64,000 bases of DNA, taken from Pocillopora damicornis. Lineage: Eukaryota. Position numbers and translations under genes: made by a program. Shown here one piece after another: positions 1 through 13,000 of the stretch. The notes below the pieces were generated by a model. It was not told the DNA's origin and did no database searches. It saw only the letters and a list, made by a program, of their open reading frames with translations. Where the stretch lies: contig NW_020844538.1 in the NCBI RefSeq assembly GCF_003704095.1, positions 62,001-126,000 on the forward strand. Reading direction: 5' to 3'. Numbering within the stretch: the stretch's first letter is position 1; the number at the start of each line of letters is the position of its first letter.

Positions 1-303
1 AGGATTTTCAGTCAATAATTTGTTTTTGTTTCTTCCAATCCTTTTTAACCATTTTTTTATTGTGCAATTTATCGGAATGAGCCAAGGAGCAACAGTCCAT
101 TCATAATGTATTGTAATCAGTTGTGAGATTTACTGATGGATGACCAGGCTGAGTGAAAGTCATCGTCAGATTCAAGATCATCCAAGCATTACTCACTGTT
201 AGAACTATGGTTCCTTTCCAGTATTTAGGTCATTGGATAATTTCACTCTGCTGTCAATTTCCTATTTAAAATTGACTAAGAATGGTGTGATGTTTATCTT
301 TAG

Positions 304-2428
304 GCACACCAAGTACAGGCCATGTTTCCAAATATGCCATTCAACATCATTATGGAGGACTTAAGACACACTCACTCCCTTGAGGTCACCACTGATAATA
401 TTTTGGAGGGAAACATAGCAGTGCCTTCTGTAAGTGATGTCCCTCAATTAGAATTGAAATATTGCAAGTGGGAGGATTTTGAAGTGGGGACCAAAATGAT
501 AAACAGTGACAACAAGATAACTTTCTCTAAAGATCCCAAGCTAAAATATTACAATCTCCTTCAATGGCAAGTCTCTAACCATAGTAAGAACTTAAAGTCC
601 TTTTGTTAATATGCACGTGCCAATCACGTGTAAAATTCATGCACATTACATTTTATATTATGGGCGAATTGAAACTGTAAATGTAGGTATCTTCTAAGAG
701 ACTTAGATGGCAAAGGGGAATAACATCTGGTTTCTGCAGCGTATTCTGCTTTCCGCTGTATGCATGCTTACATACAAATATGTGCATGAACTTTGAAAAA
801 AGGTTATTGAGAAATTGAAGGAGTGAAAGAAAAGTGAACCAAATAGGGTTTATTCTTTCCATCAGTAGTTAACTCTTTAACTCCCGTAGGTGACCAAGAC
901 AGAATTTCTCCTTACTTTATCTGTACAATGTCATGCAAACAAGTGATGAGAATAAAGAAAAATATCAATTATGGGATATCTAATTGATCCAATACCAAAT
1001 TCTCCAAACTAACATAATGATAATCACTCTGAAGACAGTAAGGAGAATTAGTAATGAGGTCTTGGGAATTAAAGGGTTAATGTGATTGTCATGCTTTAAC
1101 TCACAGGTCGTGCTTCAACTCACAGGTTATCCTAATTTCTGAATCTTAACACTGTGACTTAATTTGCCTTGTTTAGGTCTGGACACCACCTGAGGAACAA
1201 TCAGAGGATTCAGAGCTCCTTCAGATAGCACACCCAGGTATGTGCTCAGAAAAGACTTTTTGTGCTAGGCTGGATGATATTCCAAGGAAGATGATTTAAT
1301 TTCTATATAAATCATCTAACCCTGGGATCCCAAGCCAAAAATGCTAGAAGTTGTTGTTAATGTAACAGGAACATGACCCTGGCCAGGCAGGTTACCCTAA
1401 TCCCACCTTGCAGCATTTACATGGCAAATTGTGACCCTGGCTGACAGTATTACCCTACCTCTCATACTGGACAATCTGCGGCAATCTGCCCAGGCAGGCT
1501 GCCCCACGTGTGTTGTAAACATGATCAACATAAGTTAAGGGATTTTATGGACAGATGGGTTACCCATCCTAGGCGTATCACTTCACTTACCTGGGGTGCC
1601 CCACCTCCATGTAAACAGGTCCTCAAACTCAACAGTGTATTTGGGTGAGGTGGGGCAAAGTGAACATCAATGCAGTCAGGTGGGAAAAATTAGCATCCCA
1701 CGAAACTCTTGCCACTTATCGTAGATATGCTTATGGATCCTTGCATACTCATATTTCAGACTCACTGACACCTTCAAATACACCTGAAGAAACTGAAAGC
1801 TCTACAAGTGAGACAGAACAGGACAGCACAGAAGCATCTAATAATGCGGAAGTGATGAGAGAACAGGCACTTGAAGAGGCTGCCTCGTTGGAGCAGCGTC
1901 CAAAGCGTGACGAGAGCCCACCACCTAATGAAACACCACCGGGAGAGAGATACAGGAGTGTATCGCCATCTTTGATGGAGTTTTCAACACAATCTTCAGT
2001 GAGACAGTCCCTGTTGTTAAAGAGAAAAGAGATGATGCTTCAACAGGCAAGGAGGTGAGTGATAAAGTCAGAAATGAAGAATACAAAACTATCTTAGGAT
2101 CGATGTAGATTTTATAGGTCTAGAAAGGTAATGGGGTGTTAAGAAGATTTGGGGTCAACTTGCAATGGGCCACTGCGCTTTGCAAGGGTGTTTGATAAGC
2201 AATTCTCCCAGTCACTTTGTGCGATAGAAATCAAGATAAACTTCAGGATGGGTCGCAGGGATTTTAAACTGACTTAAACTTTTGAATATTTTTTACATGT
2301 ATGCTTTCGACTTTATTTGGCATTTCCGAAACAATAGAATGGTTTCTTTACACAATATCAATCTTATTACGTCTTTCAGGCGTTTTATGGACAAAGAAGT
2401 CTCCAATCAGAGTGAATCCAGTCAGTAG
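304..2428 (+). CDS. AMFR: E3 ubiquitin ligase AMFR/gp78, 3' part (CUE domain and G2BR helix); exons 304-429, 1177-1237, 1760-2054, 2380-2428
   Basis: CUE-type segment AHQVQAMFPNMPFNIIMEDLRHTHSLEVTTDNILEG matches the gp78 pattern. G2BR-like RQSLLLKRKEMMLQQARRRF follows. All junctions are GT-AG with consistent phase; stop TAG at 2426-2428. The gene start lies upstream of the window. Confidence 0.88.
869..1080. mobile_element. ~210-bp TTAA-flanked MITE (piggyBac-like ends)
   Basis: Inverted ends TTAACTCTTTAACTCCC ... GGGAATTAAAGGGTTAA; related copies recur through the window. Confidence 0.75.
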
Positions 2429-4282
2429 TTGACGCAAAGTGACAGTCTCTCACAGTGGAAGCAGCTGATGCCAACGTTCCAGATGGTAGGGCAGTTGTAG
2501 CCCGGAAGATGAACATCAGGCTGCTGTTAAACTTTGAAAATCCCTATGGGGAGTGCAAGAAACTACGAACAATTTAATCAACTTTATGACTCAGTAAAAA
2601 CTAACTTTAGACTCAAAGACAAATTAAAGATATCCTCCTTTTGAGGAAACGGGCGTAAGATATTTTTCGTAGATCGATGGTAAAAGTCACTCAAGGCGTG
2701 GTATTCAAATGACATTACTAAGTCAGTTCCGCTTAATCTCAGTTTCCTTTAAACTTGCCCGTCCATCTATTACTGGGTACATTTTGCATAGGTTAGAGTG
2801 ACGAATTTATAGCTTCGACTAAAACTTTAGTGTAGCTCACATAGTGTGCATTTAGAAGTATGCAGTGTAGTCGTATGACAGAACAAATCACGAAATATTG
2901 TTTTTACTCCGTGGCAGATACCTTACTTGTTCTATAGTGCACGCGACTAAATTAATAGATCTACGCATCGGGTTTGATATTATCTTTAGGAACCTCGAAA
3001 AACTTTGACTAGACCCTTGTGTTGTAATCGAGGCTCTGAATGTGATCCTTGTGCTGATTCGAGGCTGGACGCTTATTTACTTTCCATACTTACAAGGTGG
3101 GCGCTTATTCGGGTGCTTAATCTAATAAATACGGTAGTTTTGTTTTCCAAGGCTGAAAAGTCGTTGAAATTTGAAAATTTGTGTTGTCAAATTTCGTATG
3201 AAAATGATTATGTTAAATGGCTCAAACTGTTGCAAAAATCATAATTGTATAACGTTATGTTGGAGTGTTTTTCTTCATAAAACACGGAAAAGCCTTTTGA
3301 ACAGTTCCTGGGATTTCATGGGGTTAAGATAATACAAACTCTGTGGTATTTATGTTCAATAGTTTTGTAGTTAAATTTGTAAATAAAAGAAGGTAGTTAT
3401 TAAATGATGATCACTGCAGTGGATGAACTCACGTAGGCTTCAGTTCTTCTTTCTTTTACAATCAACAAAGTTGATACTACCCATTTTTATTCTTGATAAT
3501 GTTCAAGAAGGGTTGAGGAAGTTATTCCAGCACCCATGGAACTACTGCCACTTCCAGGCGCTCAGTTTGTGGGGCCGAGCAAAAAGTTGGTTAAGTAAGG
3601 GAAGTACAAAGAAGGGACTGGGGTGACATTCTTTCCCAGACCCTTGGCGATTTTCGCGCGATCTCTAACTTACCGAGAGCCTAACTTAAACTTAACTCGT
3701 AAATAAATTGACGTTGATTGATGAATGTAGGGTTACAGGCCCCCTTTATGAAAAGACTCGCGTTTAAATTGTAATCCCGCCTAGGTTTCTTTATTCCTCC
3801 TTTCAAAAGCCTTTTTCGGATAGTTTCCTCCATTTGGTTTAGAGCAGCCATATGTCGTGAATGCCTACAGGCAGCCGAACTTCACGATATCTCGAAAAAG
3901 ATTTATCAAAAGTAACAGAACTATTTAAAGAAAAAAAAGTGTCGTACAACAGCCGTGCTCTATTTCAAAGTTTACACAAAACTTATTAAGCTATCAAATG
4001 AAGTTCTTAGGTTTCTATTTGCTAATCACACTAAACAGACGCTAAATCGACGTCATTAAATTGCTGCACTATTCAACTAACTTAATGTCACTGTCACGCA
4101 ACCTTTTAATATCAAAATAAAATCGATTTCTAACCCTAAGATTTCTGATGCGCAATCAGATTTCACATTAACTTTGGGTTACCTGAAAACAGCTTCGAAC
4201 GACCCGACCCTACGCAACACAACGAAACCTGTCCACTTAAAAACGGCTGTGAAGGTACACTGATCCTTACTTTATCCACAAT

Positions 4283-4488
4283 TTAACCGTTCAGCTCCAA
4301 TGAGAGACCAAGACAGAATTTCTGCTTACAATATCAATACATCAAGCAGACAAATGATGATAACAAAGAAAAATATCAATTGGGAGATTATTGATCCAAT
4401 ACCAAATGCTCCGAACTAATATCACAAGATTCATATAACAGACAGTAAGGAGAATCACTGATGAGTTCTTGGGATTTGAAGGGTTTAG
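4283..4488. mobile_element. TTAA MITE, degenerate copy of the 869-1080 subfamily
   Basis: Shares GACCAAGACAGAATTTCT...AAAGAAAAATATCAATT...GATCCAATACCAAAT...GACAGTAAGGAGAAT with 869-1080. Confidence 0.7.
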
Positions 4489-4652
4489 GGTTTCAGCGCT
4501 TTGGTATAGAGTTTCTGTTTCAGGCCTTCCGGCACGTACACACTCTGATGGCAGTATCAGCTACTGCGGAATTGGGAACTTGAAGTTCCACTTCCGTATC
4601 AGCAGGTTAGAGATAAAGGAAGAAAATTCTTCCTTCTGACTCTTAAGTTATT

Positions 4653-4752
4653 NNNNNNNNNNNNNNNNNNNNNNNNNNNNNNNNNNNNNNNNNNNNNNNN
4701 NNNNNNNNNNNNNNNNNNNNNNNNNNNNNNNNNNNNNNNNNNNNNNNNNNNN
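4653..4752. other. Assembly gap (100 N)
   Basis: Run of N. Confidence 1.
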
Positions 4753-5119
4753 AACTAATTTTTTGAAGCAACGCATGTGTACCAGTTTGTCACAGAGCCC
4801 TGCCGTAGTTAGATGTCGCCTAATATTTTCTTGATTACAAAGAGGAAGTTTAGTAAAGTGAGTGCAAGTTCAGCAACTAACAATTCAGTAATAAATGGTT
4901 TATCCTCTACGATTTCCCTTGGCGCGTTGTCGGTCCCTGTTCTTTCTAGCCTGTCCTTTTTGGTGCTTATTCGAGGTACTTTTCCGAGCATTTTTGGTGT
5001 GTTCTGAAAAAAAAAAAAAGGAAAATGTTGAGAGAAAGGAATCTTCCCTAATATTTTTTCTTCATAACAAGAAAAGAAAGGAGTTTTCATTGACTGAATG
5101 AGCACTTTTGATACAATTA

Positions 5120-5416
5120 TCACTTGCCTGCACCCCCTGAACTCTTTCTTGATTTATTTCTGCTCCTTCCGGCCTTTTTGGCTTGGTTCTTGGCCCTTTT
5201 CTTAGCAGCTTTGATTGCACTCTTTGACAAATATCTCCCTACCCACGGCCAAATCGGCGCGCCACTCGCCCCAGGGAGAAACAGGGAGGAAGACTGGACA
5301 CTTATCTCGCCGTCATGTTGTCCCGCGTTGAACCAAGTGCTACCGAGATGCATAAAATCTGCAGCAATGCTCATTGCAGTCAGAATGTAGACAAATTTTA
5401 GGAACAGCGATCCCAT
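5120..5416 (-). CDS. Putative secreted cationic peptide precursor, 98 aa (antimicrobial-peptide-like)
   Basis: ATG at 5416 in AAAATGG context. Hydrophobic N-terminus MGSLFLKFVYILTAMSIAA; C-terminal 46 aa carry 15 K/R and no D/E. Preceded by a 5'-UTR intron with donor AG|GTAAGT at 5589/5588 and acceptor TTTTTATTTCAG at 5445 (or TTACAG at 5432). Confidence 0.6.
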   Translation of the reverse strand: MGSLFLKFVYILTAMSIAADFMHLGSTWFNAGQHDGEISVQSSSLFLPGASGAPIWPWVGRYLSKSAIKAAKKRAKNQAKKAGRSRNKSRKSSGGAGK

Positions 5417-8400
5417 TTTGACGATCAAGAACTGTAACAGATAACTGAAATAAAAAGAAAATTATTGAAACAAACAATTATCCGGTACAAAATAAAAATG
5501 AAATGATTAGAATGATTCAAAAATAGGCTCAAACGTTAGCCTTCGATGACAAAATATTCATATTTTAATCCGTGAACAAACTACTTACCTCGTTCACCGT
5601 TCTTTGCTCGTCCTTCTACTCTCACCTATCTTCAACAAATATGTGCAGTAGAGTGGTGACAACCAAAGCCCTTTAAGGCTTTAAAGGTTTCTCCCTTCAC
5701 GTGATAGCCGGAAGTAAAATCTCGTTGGTCGGAAGTTACTTTGTTTTGAAGTGTTTCTAAAGTTGCCTTAGAGACACCCACGCAACAATTTCTTCCGTTG
5801 CAGAATTAAAAAAGCTAAACTTGCGCTAGAGCTAATACAGTTGAAGTGCAAACGTGCCGAAAGGTCAAATAACTGAAACCATACACTGAAAGACCTGAAA
5901 CGCCCAAATATTTTTTAAGACTTCCGCTTTATAACCATTCTATTATTTTCATGTAACCTACATAACTTTCGGTCCGGAGCTTTCATCAAATTCACTTATT
6001 GGGTTAGACTGAATGAGGAGTTCACAACTTGGACAGTTCTTAATACAATGGTGTCATTAACGCCGTTGAAGACTGCAGATTTTCATGACGGTGACCCTTG
6101 ACTTAACAGTGGTGTGTGGAAAAATAGGAACAAGGTCATTATATCGGCCCAAGTGTCTGATATACCAGTAGCTTTCCCTCTTGGCCCGCTGGTGGTACCG
6201 TTTTGGGTCAAATATAACAAAAATGATTACTTGCTAATATCTATCAGCACTTGTGGGTTTGATCATTATAGATATCGCTAAACCATGAGTACCTCACTCC
6301 TTTGATTTTTTTTCTCGAAAATGCATCTTCTTTGATGCGTAAGAAACCATTCGGTCAAACTCAGATTTATAGCGTCTATTTTGTTACCGAGATCACTTAG
6401 ACGAAATTGACCGATCACATTACAGAAAATGAACAGTGGGAAAAAAAAAACAAAAAAAAAAACAAATCAAATCAATTGTGCCAGAAAGAACTGTAGAGTA
6501 AAGCAAGCAAAGAATGGCTCGTTTCCTGTAATTGAAACCCTTTTGGTGTTACTAACTTCGGAAACAGTAATCATTCTGTTTCTAATTTCGTTGTATTTTA
6601 TATCACAGGGGCACGTGAATTGTGCAATTTTACCATAATCATGAGATAAAAAGAAACCATTAGTCGATAATGGAATGACCTAAAGGGCCTTATTAAATTG
6701 TTGTCATCGTCTAACTCCCATCGGTAATATTGAGTATCTTGATGTAAAGGCACGGAGACAGGAATATGATCAATATCTTAGGCATTAGTCAGCAATTGTT
6801 TTAATTTTTTATGACTGAAATTCGGAGACTTCGGAGACGAAAAAGGACGAAAGGACAAAGGAGAATAGATAAAGGCACTTTCGTGATATGAAGTATAATA
6901 CAAGCTAGGACAGTGAGCTGTGTTTCTGGTAGGATGAAGTAATAACCCTTTGCAGTAAAAACTGAATTATAAGAAATTTGCAAATCTTAATGCGGAAAAT
7001 TTCATTATTCGAAACTTATCGAGCGGCTTTTCCCATAAATCCCGAGTGATCCAAGTATTCACATCAATGTTGTCATAGAGAAATATGTAGAGAGATGAAT
7101 GCCAAACGTGAATTCATCATCTTATCAGCGGAGTTTCCCTCTTTTGATTATGATGTTGATTTAAATCAGATTTGCCTAAATTGAAATTCTTATTTGTTTT
7201 TTTGCGTTTTTCTCTGAAAATGTTATTGCAGTAAGGAGCGCTGTGTATATCGTATTTGTACAAATATCGGTAAAGTTGTTAGGAAATAAATTTGACCGCA
7301 TACATATAGGTGACCGTGCTCTTTCAAGAACAAAAGACAATTGTACCTGTTTACCTCACCCATTGATTGAAAAACAATACTATGTTCTAGGAATGCATTC
7401 GCGCTTTTTCGCCTGATTACGTGATTTTTATGCGCAGTACAACACTGAGGAATCACCGTTAAGCAGTTCGTTTGCCATTAATTTGGGTTTGTAATATTTA
7501 TCGTTCTTCTGGTTCGCTAAAGGGTAAACTTCAATTGCAGTCGAATGACAATAAAAAAACAACCGCTCTACAGGCCTCACTCATATCCTCACATGATACA
7601 AAAATGCACAAAGCCGAGCAAATCATTTTATCGGTTTCGTAGAAAACAGCTCGCTAAATTAAACGGTAAAATTATCTTTTTTCAAAGGCAGTTTTTTTGA
7701 TCAAAGTTTCTATGATACGCTGATCACATTTTCCTGTTTTCTCTACTAGGAAAAGTTCAGATTTTTAATAACGCAGACGCGGGGCGATGATGAAGTGATT
7801 TTGAATGTAGCGTCGCGGCAACCATTGAGAAAATCATATTTTGGTGTTATTAGGCACGAAATAAGTTGTTTCAAACGCATTCTTCTTTCTTTAGAGTGTG
7901 CTACGCTCAATAAGTCGAACAACGAAGATACTCCGAAACAAACAGGAAGTGACATCGAGTCAAAATCGGGTGAAGTTCGGTATTCTATTTTTACCCTCTT
8001 ACACTCGTAACCCTTTTATTCTTTTTACATTTCCATGACATATGTGGCTTCCTCTTCTCTTTTATATAGGAGGCAGTAGCCATAATAATACTTACCGATC
8101 CGAAAAATGGTGCGCAGGAGGCGAGGCCCCACTTGACGGCAACAAATTCAGTCTTTATTTTGCAATCATAATTTGTAACGTGTTCGGGAATCAAAGTACT
8201 TTCCACTCGAAGCTCATTTCGTCGCTTTCAAGGTTGAACTAACTAATGTTTTCCAAACCAGGTACATTCGCTTTTCATTTTGAGGTTCAAAAAATATATT
8301 TCAATCGGGATGGAATGGAAAAACCAACTTGGAAAATCTCAAAGCAGTCAATTGCTAAGAAATTTTGCTTTCCAAGCCATTTCTTTACCGACACATTGAA

Positions 8401-9655
8401 TTTAATTATACGAATAGTCAGTCACGCAAATAGCTGTCACAACTAATCGGGAGCGTGTAACTAATGCAAACTAACTCAAAGGTTTAGACAAATCAAAATA
8501 ATTTCAATCCTCTATTGGCAACACCTTTAAAGCATTTCACTGTAAGAAGAGTTAGTTTTGGGCTGCAGCACTGCAGAAAATTCTTCAGAATCTTTGGGAT
8601 GGATACAGATCAGCAGTATTCTAGAGCTTGAACGTGGTGATGGACTGAATATAGGAATCAAGGAATACTTTTTCACGTCTTATCATATTTTTTTTGACTC
8701 AAAGATGGATCAAGGGTTCGAAGTCCCTTGTTCGATAGTACAACGTTCCACTGGGACCACGATCCCATGAATTACGACGATCAATGTTTCTTTTGTACAG
8801 TATACTCGACAACCTCGTTTCCAAGGTCCTCTCTCTTCCTCACTTGAGAAAGTACCCTGGTTGCGGCTGATCGCAAATCGAGGGAGGGCTTTTGCGAAAC
8901 ACTTTTTCTATGCAAACCTTGCTTATTAAAATAAGTGCATTTTTTCAAATGCTTGACTGACTTTTAAATCACGCACCACGTTTCTTACAATATTTTCGTA
9001 ATGATTTCCTCACTCACGTTGTGAATCTAGGAAAGAGAAAATAGAAGGGAGGTTGTGCGCGAAACTGCCCTAAATCTACCTTAAAATAGAGAGATAAATT
9101 TTTTTCTAATTGAAAATCATTTTTATTCAGTAACTTAACGCCATTAGAAAGCGAAATTGCGCTAGTTTTGCTTTGATTCGCTCCAGTTTTAGTTTCCCTG
9201 TTATTTCGCCTACGCAACTATGTCGTCGTGGTTATGTTGTCCAGCAAAAGGCGAAAATCGTATACCATTGATGATGCTGAAAAAGATGCCTTCCGCCATA
9301 GACCTCTTTTTTTCAATTACGCACTGGACTGGGTTTCTCTCACCACACGCTACATAACTCTGTCATGGCTCCAACTCAAAACTCTAGTTAAAAATAACGG
9401 ATACCTTATTTTGATCTGCTTCAAAATGTCGGGCTATAATTAAAGGACTTCAATTCACAAGGTTGTTCCAGGTTTTTCCCATTTATTTATTAAAATTTAT
9501 ATTACCACGTTATCATAATCACTTACCGATGACAATATTATACCCCCCAATCACTAAAATAAAATCTCTTTACTCATAAGCCACTATTTCAAATAGCGAT
9601 TTCATTTTTGTAATTACACACATGTTGAGCCGGAGGTAGTCGATCAATCACGTGA

Positions 9656-9995
9656 TCAGAGTTTGTGAGTTGCAGCTGCCACTAACCAGGCCGGGACATA
9701 GACAAACTCAGGCATCATCCAGGCGACAGAGGGGTAGGACCTCTCCAGATGAAACTTCACTTGACGAATGGACAACGGTTGAGTTCCTACAAGAAAGAAC
9801 CAAGATTTCCTCTTGTCTGTACTACTACAAACTGAATTGCTCAACTATGACATAGTTAGTTGTTGAGCTTCTCATAAGCTGTGATTTCTGGTACACAGAA
9901 AGTGGAACAGTTTCGACATAGAGTCATGTATCTTTTATCCTTGGGTACCTTTCAGGGACAAGAATAATAATAATGATAATGCTAGTGATAATGAC

Positions 9996-10059
<64 letters not shown>

Positions 10060-13000
10060 CAGATGCTGATTATGGTGATAACAAAATTGAGAATGATAAT
10101 GAGGAAGGGGGCAGGAACCCACGATGGTCCAACATCTCATCCAGGAGGAAACATGTAACTACATCATGTTATACGATAAGCTGAATTATACTGAATTTTT
10201 TGATTGGCTCTTACATATGATCTATTGGAGGACAGGTGCATCGAAAGCGTCAAAATTTATCAGCATCTTAGATTCTATGTTGCCTTCTGCTTGTACAGTA
10301 ATAGATCACTAAAGACATCAAATGTCTTAACCCTTTGACTCCCAGAAGTGACTGACATGTAAATTCTCCCTATAATATCCATATTTTTTTCAGCAAAGGG
10401 TTAATGAGAATACTCAAAATTATCAGGTAGAAGTTGTCATCTTGATCTTACACCAAAGTCTCGTGGCTGATTTACAAAGAATTGTGTAGCAGCTAGAGGG
10501 GAGAATTAACGATCAGATCTTGGGTGCTGAAGGGTTAAGAACATCAGTGAAACACTCGGCTGCGCCTCATATGCCACTTTTTTTTTCTAACCACATTTTG
10601 ACAATATCTGTGATCTGTCACTGTACAGACAAACGGCAACATGGTATTTATTTTGAAATTTCTTTCCTATTCTGAGAGTCCACATACCTCCAACATCTTT
10701 GAAACCGTATTCTTTGGCCAACTCTGCCACTATTAGAATCCGACCAGTCTTTTTCATGATGTCGCTATCTGAGAGGGGTAATCAAATTTCAGACGTCAGA
10801 ACAAATGAAGAAGGCGTATGGCATGTGGGGTGCTTTTACAATGTAGTCGAAAGCTCTCACATCCATTTGTAACAACTCTTGAAGAATAATATGCAAGAGT
10901 GAAAAAAGGATGATGCTTTTCTTGTGTCATCGCGAGCGTTGAAAAAAAAAAAAATCTATTGAGTCTTCATGACGAAGCGAACGTAAGAATTTCAAATTCC
11001 GTGCTCCGATACTCAACCACTGGATTTCAGAGGGCGTTGTGATTAGCTAGGCCATTTCTAGATTGATATGAGATACTCGTCTGGCAAACTGCAAGGATCA
11101 GTGAGGTCGAAAACTTTGTGTGAGCATATAGAATAAGAGAGATAGTAAAACCAGACCACGAAATACAACGTAGCTGAGGGAGACCTTCTGTGTGAAGACT
11201 GTGTTGCGCAATGCTAATATAGACAATGACGGGAGTACCTGATGCAAGCCACGCCACAGCTTTGCCGGAGAACGTGACATCTTCAGCGTCTTTGAAAATT
11301 GTGGCGGCTTTACTTGCCTAAAAAACGTAAGACGGAAGAAATACTTACATACTCAGAGCCGGCAAGCAAATTGTCACAAGCTTTGTGGCTCGAGAAGTGA
11401 AGCAGCGAAAAACAAGCCCACGAAGTGCTTGGCTTTGCAGATCGCACCCAGCACAGAGTTAATGACATCAAGTTCACAAGCTATTTAACAGTTTGGTTAT
11501 GACATCGAGATTCCTATCCCGTCATAGCTGATAAATGCTGAGCCCGAGCAAACCGTGGATTACAACAAGTAGCCAATGACAATACACCAAAGATAAGGAC
11601 CGCACGAGGCGCGGGAAAACGTGGGCGACCTGGTCGCATTTGATTGGTAGAGGGGGTGGCTCTTGACTTCCAGACCAATCACAGCGCGAAAACTTATGCA
11701 ATACTTTTGACACTCATTCAAAATTGCTACCGCTCCTGCTCCTGCCCTAACCTCTCTTAAAACATAGCATTTATAATTAAAGAGTACCTTTCCTCCTTGA
11801 TCCGCTTTGCTGAGAATCAAGTCCGTCACAATCTCAGTTTTCACAGCTCCTGGCCACAAAGAGACACACGCCACGTTCTGTTTGCGTAGTTCCACAGCCA
11901 TGTCTGCAGCCATTCTGTCCGTCTGGGTGAAGTAAGAATATTACGATAAGACGGTTGAGAACATCTTAGTTTGTTAATCATGCTGCCGGTACTTAATTCG
12001 GCAATTATGGCATAATGTCTTAGCAAAGTCGCTGAAACCGGCAGAAACCATTGAAATAACTTTCAATGTACGATATAATAGCACAAATATGTTGTGCAAG
12101 GGAAGGGAGGGGAAGGGGTAAGAAAAGGGAGGGGAGGGGGAGGGGGGGAGAGAAGGGAGGGGAGGGGGGGAAGGTGGTAAGAGAAGGGGGGGTACTTACT
12201 GCAGCTTTGCCGACGCCATATGCAACATTAAAGAGATATCTTAAGCCTCCGGCTGATGACACATTGACAATGAGCCCCTGTTTTGCTGGAACCATCATCT
12301 TAGCTGCATGCCATGCAGCCACATAACTGGATCTTTAATGGGAAATAAGTCAACAGAAAAGAATAAGTATCAGGCAACTCAGTCAGTGACTCAGTTCATC
12401 AAGTTATGGTCTGTCATTCAGTTGATGAGTCAAGCAGTTGGTCTGATCAGTAAGTTGGTAGACACCCAAAGTCACTGAGTCATTCAGTTTATCAGTCAAT
12501 TAGTAAATCAGCCAGTGGGCCAGTCATCCAGTCTTTCAACCATCAGTCATCCTGTGAGTCAGCTATATAGTCAGTCAGTTGGAGAGATAGTCAGATAGTT
12601 AATCAGTACGTCTGTCAATCAGACAGTTGGTTAGACAGTCAGCCAAACTGCAATATTTCATACTTTGGAAGGGCTACTCAAACTAATTTAGCTTTAGTTT
12701 GTTTTATTTCATGAATTGAGCTGGAATCATATTCAATAAACAAGGATAATTAGCAACTGCTACAAAATTGCAGTGCTAAATATACCTGGCAAATAAGTGC
12801 TCAGTATTTTCTCTGTGAAATCATACCTGCCATCTTTGATTTTTACAGAAGCAGAAGACTGGAACGAAAAAAATTAATTTGCTCCAAGCGGGTGTGAGTG
12901 ACAGTCAAGGATGGAGACAGGAGAGGGCTGACAATGTCTTTCTACCTTTTCCCACCACCTCCTCTAACTGTCCCACTGTCACTCAAATTCAAAACCAGGC

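Noticed and set aside
5124-5390. 88-aa hydrophobic ORF on + strand
   Set aside because: Antisense shadow of the Lys/Ala-rich peptide ORF; non-ATG start and no splice or promoter support
6000-9600. Short ORFs and isolated GTAAGT donors between the peptide gene and DHRS1
   Set aside because: No coherent exon chain or recognisable protein could be assembled
9973-10158. Poly-Met ORF
   Set aside because: Artefact of the intronic (ATG)21 microsatellite
12066-12326. Gly/Arg-rich ORF on + strand
   Set aside because: Low-complexity purine tract plus the antisense of a DHRS1 exon
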